The notes below the pieces were generated by a model. That model made no database searches and was not told the DNA's origin. It saw only the letters and a list, made by a program, of their open reading frames with translations. From NCBI GenBank assembly GCA_937625935.1, contig OW569344.1, positions 248,001 to 312,000 of the forward strand: a stretch of 64,000 nucleotides of DNA, read 5' to 3'. Positions 56,636 through 64,000 of this stretch are shown piece by piece. The position numbers and the translations under genes are program-made. This DNA comes from Tetramitus jugosus. Its lineage: Eukaryota; Protista; Heterolobosea. Numbering within the stretch: position 1 is the first letter of the stretch; the number at the start of each line of letters is the position of its first letter.

Positions 56636-58423
56636 TTACATGACGACACAACACTTCTTCTTGTCCTTGTTGGCTTGCTTGTCAGCAACACCTAGGTTCA
56701 CCTCTACAAGGTCCTTCACTTCAGTGTTAGGTGATTTCAATTTTTCTTCAGCTTGGGGATCAAATGGGGCTTCTTTCTCGTTTTCATTGATTGGTACGAT
56801 TGGCTCGTTCTTTGCGGCTTCTGTTGGTTGCTCAGCTGTGATCTTAGTTTCAACCATTTCAACCTCAATTGGAGTTGTTTGTTCCTCTGGATCAAGTGCA
56901 ATAGGTTCTTCCTTTGTGAGGAGCAGTTCGCTCGAGTTGACAGACTTTTCCTCTTCAATTGATTGGGTTGTATTCATCATCTTTGAGCTTTCAGGTTTCT
57001 CTTCAGAAGTATTCACTTCCACGGAAGATTCTTGAACAGGTTTCTCTTCAAATTGATCCTCGATCTTTGCTTCAACTTTCTCTTCACCCTTTTCTTCCTT
57101 TGTTTCAGTTGCAGTCGGCTGTTCGTCTTTAGGACTGACGATTCGTTTCTGTAACCTAGATTCACTTCTTTCCTTCTCCTTTTGTTTCAATTGAGCTAGT
57201 TCTTTCATGAGTATTTCAGTTTCTTCTCTCATCTTCCTGAGCCTTTCTTGTTCTTCGTTCATTCTCTTTTTCCGTTCTTGTTCCAATGCCTCTTCTTCCT
57301 CTTTCTTCTTTTGGATGAGGTGAGGATCATCTTGAGAAATATTCATTTCATCAAAGGCTCCTTCATCTGCGGCAACTTGAGTCGAGGTATGAGGGATAGA
57401 ACCTTCTAAAGGTTCAGGTGTTGGCTCAAGTTTTTCTTCAGCAACTTCTCCCTGGACAACCTCCTGAGTACCATCGATTGGATTAACACCTTGTTCAGAA
57501 CTATTCTTGTCTGGATTCACCTGCTCTCCTATCTCTTGTTTTGTGAGTGAATCACCTGAATCTTCCTTTTGGTTTTCCTTCTCCATCTGATCAGAAGTCC
57601 CAACGTTAGTTGGTTCTTTCAAGTCAACACCTTCAACATTTGGTTCATATGCTTGGGTGACATCTTCTTGAGTTTTTTGTTGTTCTAGTTCTGCTTCTAG
57701 TGTTTCATTCCTCTCATTTTCTTCATCAGTATCATCTCGGGTTTCTACCATCTCTGGTTCATCAATAGGTTGTTCTTGAGCTCCTGAGTTAAATTCTTCT
57801 AATTCATGCGCCTTCAATTCTTGGGTTTCTGGCTCGGAAGCGTTTTGAGGTTCTTGTTCTGTTTCTAGTACTTCGTCCTGGGGAACTTCTTCAATTGTTT
57901 CTGGTATCTCATCTTCAGTTGTAAGCGATCCGAGAGATTCTTGGCTCATAACAACCTGATCGAGGGTTTCTTCCATCTCCTTTTCTTCTGCACAATCTTG
58001 GGCTACTTCATTCTGGGAATCCGAAACGTCTTGGAGAGTTTCTGAAGTATCAAGTACTTGATCACAGAAATCTTGGCTCCGCTCTTCATTGTTCACAATA
58101 GGTTGATCCTCGGTATTTGGTTCCTGAACAAGTAAGAAGTGTGAGGAAAGTGCAGCTTTGGAAAGGCTGTCTTGTGAGTGTCTACTTACTTCACTTTGTT
58201 CTGGGGCTGTGGTCACTTCCTCATCTTGTACATCAACTGTTTCCTTTTCAATCTTTGTTTCATCCTTCTCCTGTTCTGAGATAGGAGCTTCTTCTGTGAT
58301 AGCAATCTCTTCAATTGTGGTGCACACGTTATCAGGTGTTTCCAATGTGGCAACAGGTTCAAAAGGAGTAATAATTTTCTTGTTATTCTTCTGCTTATTC
58401 TTATTATTCTTCTTCTTACCCAT
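56636..58423 (-). CDS. Glu-rich intrinsically disordered protein with C-terminal CaaX
   Basis: 595 aa, very acidic, with a short coiled coil; ends 'KKKCCVVM'. Confidence 0.75.
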   Translation of the reverse strand: MGKKKNNKNKQKNNKKIITPFEPVATLETPDNVCTTIEEIAITEEAPISEQEKDETKIEKETVDVQDEEVTTAPEQSEVSRHSQDSLSKAALSSHFLLVQEPNTEDQPIVNNEERSQDFCDQVLDTSETLQDVSDSQNEVAQDCAEEKEMEETLDQVVMSQESLGSLTTEDEIPETIEEVPQDEVLETEQEPQNASEPETQELKAHELEEFNSGAQEQPIDEPEMVETRDDTDEENERNETLEAELEQQKTQEDVTQAYEPNVEGVDLKEPTNVGTSDQMEKENQKEDSGDSLTKQEIGEQVNPDKNSSEQGVNPIDGTQEVVQGEVAEEKLEPTPEPLEGSIPHTSTQVAADEGAFDEMNISQDDPHLIQKKKEEEEALEQERKKRMNEEQERLRKMREETEILMKELAQLKQKEKERSESRLQKRIVSPKDEQPTATETKEEKGEEKVEAKIEDQFEEKPVQESSVEVNTSEEKPESSKMMNTTQSIEEEKSVNSSELLLTKEEPIALDPEEQTTPIEVEMVETKITAEQPTEAAKNEPIVPINENEKEAPFDPQAEEKLKSPNTEVKDLVEVNLGVADKQANKDKKKCCVVM

Positions 58424-58548
58424 GTTTTGTTCTTTGTTTTCCTTTGACTGTCTTTCCGTTTTGTTCTGTGTGAAAATGTAGATTTACTTGTGTGCAAAAC
58501 CGTTATCGACCGTTGTAAACATTAACTACAGATACCGAATTTTCAACA

Positions 58549-60885
58549 ATGTTTCTCTGGCGGGAATACCAATGGAGCGAATCTTCTCCGACACAAATCT
58601 TTATCACATTCTTGGGGATGAGGTGTAATCTGGAGATGAAAAGCAAGTCGAGATCCTCTTCTCAATTGCATGGTGACGATAGATCTATTCCATTGGGGAT
58701 GAATCGGACAGAGAATGGAATCAGTGAAGAAGGAGATAGGAAGAAGGAAAAATTTGATAGATTCAAGAAATTAATCAAGAATTCTCTGCAAGACAATCTC
58801 CATTCGATCAATGTACCTTTGAACACAGAAAAAGAGGATGATTTCAAGGACATACTACAATCATCATTGCCAAGAGTCTTCAGCTTATCAAACTTTGAAA
58901 ATAATAAGTATAACATCCATGTGTCAGGGGCGAAGACAGCAAGATCATTTAACCCGATGTTGGATCAACTCAATGATTTTTATGTTCAGAAGATGGATCA
59001 AGGGGTCAGTTCTATTACGAATTCATTAAACTCTAAAGTCACTAGAGTATGGGAGTACCTTGAGGAAGAGCAAGAATCAGAAATCATTGGACAAGGAGGT
59101 TCACTAACCAGTCAGGTTCCTCTTACTCCAAGACTTGGACTTGATCGGAGGAATTCGATAGAAGGGGGAGGATTCACAACGATGTACAAAGAAGTGACTG
59201 AACTTGTTGGACAGATAAAAGACTCATCAATGTCTAAAGTTAAGAAGGAGAGAGTTTCCAACATAGTTGAAAACACTAGACAAGTTATCATTAAAAAGAA
59301 GGTAGAGGCCGTGAAGGAACGAGTTGATCAAAGATTGGCTAGCCTTTTAAGAAGTGAAGAGGAATATGCAAAGTTAGAGAGAGAGATCAGTGACTATGAA
59401 AACCAATCAAGATCATCGAGAAAGATGGCCCATAAAGAAAACCGAATTCTAAAGAACAAGAACATACCTGCCGACTACAAACAGCAGAAGGAGTTATCAA
59501 TCAAAAGAGATGGAGAAAAACTCGAGAGAAGACTACAGGAAATTAGGAGGAGAAAATTTCAACTCGACCTCGAACATAAAAGGAAAAAAGAAGAGATAAC
59601 TCTGAAAGAAGAGCTCAAAATGCTAAGAGCAGAGAAAAGAAGAGAGGAAGTTGCCTCTCTCGCTTTAACTGCAGAATTGAAGGTGAAATGGTCGTTTTTA
59701 GTAGTTTTTGCCAGTCGATATGTACAGTTGGCTGTTCAATGTCTGCAAGCTAGACAACGAAGAAAAGAAGAGGAACGTAACAGAAGAATGACAAACATGA
59801 TCTACACTAAAATGATGCCTATCGTATGGAAAAGAAGATCTATTCAATGGAAGTCAGCCTGGGATGTTTTCCGAAAACATTGGATTCTTTATCGTCTCTA
59901 CTTGGAGATCAAACGAAGGAAAGAGAGCGCTGTTATCATTCGAACATTCTTGCAAGACACGAATACATCTTTGATTCTAGTACGACAAGTACAAATGTTT
60001 CGGAGTAAGGTATTTTTTGCTCAGAGATTGATTCGAAAATGGTATAGAGCAAGGGAAACTAGAATTGCCATTGCATCTTTCCAGTACAGTATCATGGAAG
60101 CAAGATTGTTGAGTGGAGAGAAAGTAGTTACAAGCTGGGCTCCAGAGATGGAGAGAAGGAGAAGTAAAAGCAGTAGTAGAATAGAAGATAGTGAAGGAAA
60201 GAAGAAGAAGGTTGTAACTTATGCTGACGATCCGGAATGGGATTCTAAACCATTTATCACTAGTGAAACATTTACCCTATCGAGAGCCACATACGACATG
60301 AAAAGAGTTCTCATAATAGAGGATATGAGGCAAAAAACTATTGAGTACGAAAACCAGATGATGACTTATAGACTAGATAAGAGGAATTATGAACACAAGT
60401 GGCAACAACAAATGTACTTTCAGAAAGCGAAGAATATTATGATGAGCCAGGAATCGCGAACTAACTTACTGCCTGAAACTGTGTCCTTCACTGATGAAAA
60501 CGGAAAAATAATCATGCCACCCACAATGCCTGTATTTACTATCTGGCGTACTGAGCAAGAGATTTACTCTCTTGTTCAAAAGGGCAACAAAAGATTGAAG
60601 GAACATGAAGATAGACTAAGAAAACGTGTAACTGACGAGTACATAGGAGAGGTCGAACGAAGAGATAAGTTGGCGACACTTTTGCTTCTCCATGAAAAGG
60701 CTCTGGCAGAAGATTACTCAAACATGAGAGAATTCTTCTCTGAGAGAGTATTCGATCAATACAAGCACCTCTTCTTCTCGGATGGAGAAAAGGAACAGAG
60801 CTCCGAGAATCGAACAGAAGATAAAGAGAAAACAAAGAAGAAGAAGTCGAAGAAGAAGTCGAAATCAAAATCAAAGAACAGTTAA
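58549..60885 (+). CDS. Coiled-coil protein with IQ-like motifs (true start may be ATG 58636)
   Basis: Long K/E/R helical regions plus IQ-like 'AVIIRTFLQD' and 'FAQRLIRKWYRAR'. Confidence 0.65.
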   Translation: MFLWREYQWSESSPTQIFITFLGMRCNLEMKSKSRSSSQLHGDDRSIPLGMNRTENGISEEGDRKKEKFDRFKKLIKNSLQDNLHSINVPLNTEKEDDFKDILQSSLPRVFSLSNFENNKYNIHVSGAKTARSFNPMLDQLNDFYVQKMDQGVSSITNSLNSKVTRVWEYLEEEQESEIIGQGGSLTSQVPLTPRLGLDRRNSIEGGGFTTMYKEVTELVGQIKDSSMSKVKKERVSNIVENTRQVIIKKKVEAVKERVDQRLASLLRSEEEYAKLEREISDYENQSRSSRKMAHKENRILKNKNIPADYKQQKELSIKRDGEKLERRLQEIRRRKFQLDLEHKRKKEEITLKEELKMLRAEKRREEVASLALTAELKVKWSFLVVFASRYVQLAVQCLQARQRRKEEERNRRMTNMIYTKMMPIVWKRRSIQWKSAWDVFRKHWILYRLYLEIKRRKESAVIIRTFLQDTNTSLILVRQVQMFRSKVFFAQRLIRKWYRARETRIAIASFQYSIMEARLLSGEKVVTSWAPEMERRRSKSSSRIEDSEGKKKKVVTYADDPEWDSKPFITSETFTLSRATYDMKRVLIIEDMRQKTIEYENQMMTYRLDKRNYEHKWQQQMYFQKAKNIMMSQESRTNLLPETVSFTDENGKIIMPPTMPVFTIWRTEQEIYSLVQKGNKRLKEHEDRLRKRVTDEYIGEVERRDKLATLLLLHEKALAEDYSNMREFFSERVFDQYKHLFFSDGEKEQSSENRTEDKEKTKKKKSKKKSKSKSKNS

Positions 60886-61561
60886 AGTAAGATTTCTGTA
60901 TTCAATTGGTTCAGGATGGATGATTCAAAATTGGTATACACCTTGTATAGATACACTAGGTTTGGAATGTTGGGTCTGAACACAACTGGGGACAAATCCA
61001 TCAATTCTCTCATCATCGATTCATTCTCTGCGATGGTCGTGCACATTACGTGACAAACATCTTGACTCTTGAGAGCTTGAACTGTCTCTGAGTACCTTTC
61101 CCAAACATCTCGAGTGACGAAAGGTGGATCAACAATAATCATGGTGTACGTTCCTCTCATACTTTGGGAAATACCCTCCAGTGGTTGATTAAAGTTGTAC
61201 AAGACAAATTGAGGAGCTCCTGATTGCTTCACATTCAGTTTTTGAATCGAAGTTTCAAACTTAGGATCAAAATCAAGTAGAGTACAATAGGGAAGATACT
61301 GCTCAGGAATGGAGAAATAGATACTGGGTGTAGAAAGAAGTGCAATTCTCTTGTTCTCCACTGATTCCAGTTCGAAATGGTTCACTACGGTTTGAACAAT
61401 CTGAAGAAGACTATTTGTTGAATAAAGGAACAAAGACATGACGATTGTATCTGGAATATACTTACTGCTTCGATTGTAGCTGCAGAGTACCAATACTGAT
61501 TCATTTTATCATTCTCCTTATTTCTCAGAAGAAATCTGTTTCTTTTTGTTGGTGTTGTCAT
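60882..61561 (-). CDS. EEF1AKMT1: eEF1A lysine methyltransferase 1 (N6AMT2/Efm5), 2 exons (intron 61465-61401)
   Basis: 'NQYWYS..TI', 'RIALLSTPSIY', 'LLDFDPKF', 'YNFNQP', 'VDPPF' and 'FRP'. Confidence 0.88.
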
Positions 61562-61659
61562 GTTGTTTGTTCGTGAAATATTGATATTTGTGTAGTGCAC
61601 TACCACGCGCGAAAAAACTGGCTCTAAGAGAGTGTTCATTCTTTCATACAAATATTTAT

Positions 61660-62241
61660 TTACATTTTCATCATTCGATAGAATTCTTCGAAGTTGATTC
61701 GTTCATCACCATCCGAGTCTGCTTCCTTTATCATTCTATCCAAGTCCTTCTCACTAATCTTTTCTCCATATCGGCTCATCACGTCTCTCAGCTCATCTCT
61801 GTCAATAAATCCGTCGTGATTCTTGTCGAATGTCTGTAATGATTGGCACGAAATGAGTGACCCATTGAATTCAAAACATCAAAAATAAAAAGACATACAT
61901 CAAAGGCAACTCGGAGCGTATTATCATGTTGTGTCTGCTTGTTGTGGAACACTAGCAGAATGAACTCTTCGAAACTGATGGCGCCATCGCCATCTAAATC
62001 TGCTTCCTGCACCATCTGAGCAATATCGGTCTCTGAAACTTCCATTTCTAAGGGCACAAACAACAGAGTCAGTCCCATAACCACAAACAAACAAAATATC
62101 ATTTATCATTGCAGAGTACTCACTTAATTGATTCACCACCTTTGATATCTCCTTGATTGTGATCTTTCCATCGCTATCTGTGTCAAATAAATCAAACACG
62201 TTCTTCAGTTCCTTCTTCTCTTTGTTGGTTAGACCGACCAT
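61660..62241 (-). CDS. Calmodulin/centrin-like four-EF-hand protein, 3 exons (introns 62123-62048, 61898-61834)
   Basis: After splicing, the EF loops are DTDSDGKITIKE, DLDGDGAISFEE, DKNHDGFIDRDE and DSDGDERINFEE. Confidence 0.9.
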
Positions 62242-62361
62242 TTTTTATTCTTCTTCGTTTCTTCTTTGTTTGGTGGCTGACCAATCCCCTGCGTCGCAAA
62301 AAATTGTTGTGACGTTTGTGTGACAGATTCCTCCGCGGACTGCTTTTGGTGGTGTTTTGGT

Positions 62362-63981
62362 TCAGTTCCTCATCTTCTTGGCAGGAGCCCCGAATGTGAA
62401 GTTGTTGTTTCTCGTAATTTTTCTTCTCTTGTGACTGATTGGTTCCTGGACAGTGCTCATTTTAGGAAACGTTTCATTGTAGTCAAACTCATCCAACATT
62501 TCATCTCCTCTGTTCCCAACGACATTCATCGTATCTTGAGAGTGACACACTTCAAAATTCTCTTCAATTCTCTTTCTCTTGTTGTTCAACTTCTGATTCG
62601 AAGAGGATTGATCAATGTTGGGGTAGTTGACCTTTGGTTCATGTAATCTTCCTTTCTTGATATTGGCTTCATTTGTTGCCTGTTGGGATTTGGCATTCAC
62701 CACAGATTTCTGAGATACTCCAGATAAACTCAACTGAGGAGTACTACTGAGGGTACCAGAGGTCAAAATAGTTTCTTCAACAATTGGTTTTTGTTGGCTG
62801 TTGGTACTCTGTGCTTGTCCTGCTGTTTGAGAAGAGTTTTCAATCTCGGGAGAAGAAGACTCATCATTGTCACCCATCGTACTACGACTGAACCACTCTG
62901 CAACTTTTTTAAGCATTGCTTTGGACTTTGAACTTTGGATCACTGGTCTTCCTGTTCTTCGATTGGTCGACTTTCCCAAGAAACCATCATCATCCATTCT
63001 GTCAAGGAGCAACTTTGCCTGGTGAGCACTAATGTCCATCTTCTTTTGTAACTTTGAAGAAAAGACGTGTGTTTCGTTGAGACAAATGGACAATGCTTGA
63101 TAATACAATTCGTCTACTGAATTGGATTTCTTGGATGACTTGTGAGTAGGACTAATCTTGTTCTTGTGTTGGAATGAAGAAGCCAAGTGATCGAGCTCTA
63201 AACTATTCCTTCGTTTCTCAGAAGCTCTCTTTGAGCTATCCTACTCAAGTATGGTCGTGATATCAGGAGATCTTTCTTCGCTCTCTAGGTGAGTTTCATC
63301 CAGGGATACTTGTGTTTCTTGACTGTCCGTCATTTGAGAGCCAGTAGGACTATGGTTCATGTTGTTGTTGTTGTCCAATGTGGGCTGAGATTGTACTTGT
63401 TGAGAGAAATTCTCTTCCTCTCTTGTTGCCCTAGTTACTTCCTTGTGTTCCATCAATAGTGGATCATCGTCATAATCGAACAAGTTTTGAGCAGTTCGAA
63501 TCTTAACGTCCATGGCATGATAACTTGTAGCAATCTTACCCACTCGTAGTTTGATAAAGTCCTTTTCATAGCCCCGTGCCTCACTCTCGTCCACTGGTTT
63601 GAAGAATGGTGGTTCGTACTCGGCTGGAGTCACATGATCATAGTACAGCAACTTCATGGTAATGCAACGAGACTCAGGAATAGGCTTCAGTGTCTGAGAC
63701 AATGTAATCAGAGTTCTCAGTAGCATGACCATGGACTGGGTAATCTCTGTCTTGGTTTGACCCTTGTTGAACTGTTGTTGAACTCCAATTTTCTTACCAG
63801 AGGAAGATGTTTTAGAAATGTTGAGATGAACAGAGTTGTTGTTGTGCCCTTCATTTCTCTGGTTGGCACCATCACCATGGCTGTCATTGTTGTTGTTGTG
63901 TTGAGATGAGTTGGGATACGAGACATGGAACTCGTAGCTCTCAATCACCGAATCAAGACTGTCTCTAGAGTCCTTGCACAC
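62362..63981 (-). CDS. HOP1: Meiotic HORMAD protein (HOP1/ASY1), 5'-truncated by window edge, with in-frame TAG at 63243-63241
   Basis: HORMA C-half ('IESYEFHVSY', 'LLRTLITLSQTLKPIP', 'TMKLLYYDHVTPAEYEPPFF'). The downstream same-frame ORF has an ASY1-type winged helix ('LLDRMDDDGFLGKSTNRRTGRPVI') and a closure-motif-like 'KMSTVQEPI'. Confidence 0.85.
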
Positions 63982-64000
63982 TGCAAACAATATTGTTTTG

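Noticed and set aside
62930-63120. Bacterial FtsK-gamma domain / horizontal transfer
   Set aside because: The winged helix matches the ASY1-type HORMAD chromatin-binding domain ('NRRxGxxVI') and lies in frame with HORMA and the closure motif.
63241-63243. Genome-wide reassignment of TAG as a sense codon to explain the HOP1 stop
   Set aside because: TAG terminates several intact genes here (1725, 13754, 22695, 25413), and no other long CDS has internal TAG.
1-64000. Transposons, CRISPR arrays, tRNA genes, viral or prokaryotic inserts
   Set aside because: I saw no transposase, RT or integrase motifs, regularly spaced repeats or tRNA cloverleafs by eye. tRNAscan and RepeatModeler were not run.

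Overview
This is a very gene-dense, AT-rich nuclear chromosome segment from a unicellular eukaryote. It carries about 33 protein genes with short GT-AG spliceosomal introns, often with a CTAAC/CTGAC branch point. 3' UTRs are tiny, with AATAAA right at or after the stop, and convergent genes abut. It uses the standard genetic code: TAA, TAG and TGA all end genes. The gene style (Asn/Gln/His homopolymer tracts, lineage-type Rho and Ig-fold TF-like proteins) suggests a heterolobosean/Naegleria-like protist, but this is inference. Recognisable genes: SAC1, a PB1-UBA p62-like protein, a solitary 5S rRNA gene, a UBC4/5-type E2, an SLC13 transporter, THUMPD1, a Kelch-BTB protein, PI4KA, SmG, VPS53, XPNPEP3/ICP55, a Rho GTPase, SEC13, ACADSB, a tandem-SET protein, an ELAPOR-like protein, a PPR protein, a Zn-dependent PLC-like protein, epsin, EEF1AKMT1, a calmodulin-like protein and the meiotic HORMAD (HOP1/ASY1). 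I found no mobile element, CRISPR array or operon-like system. Best leads: (1) an in-frame TAG splitting HOP1/ASY1 between the HORMA region and the winged-helix plus closure motif; (2) a ~1,590-aa Zn-finger plus double-SET protein whose first SET looks catalytically degenerate; (3) two candidate transcription factors with unannotated-looking DNA-binding modules; (4) a Rho GTPase with a natural Q61P; (5) Sac1 lacking its first TM helix; (6) poly-His mitochondrial presequences; (7) two candidate structured RNAs, one intronic and one intergenic. All family assignments were made by eye from remembered motifs, with no database search.
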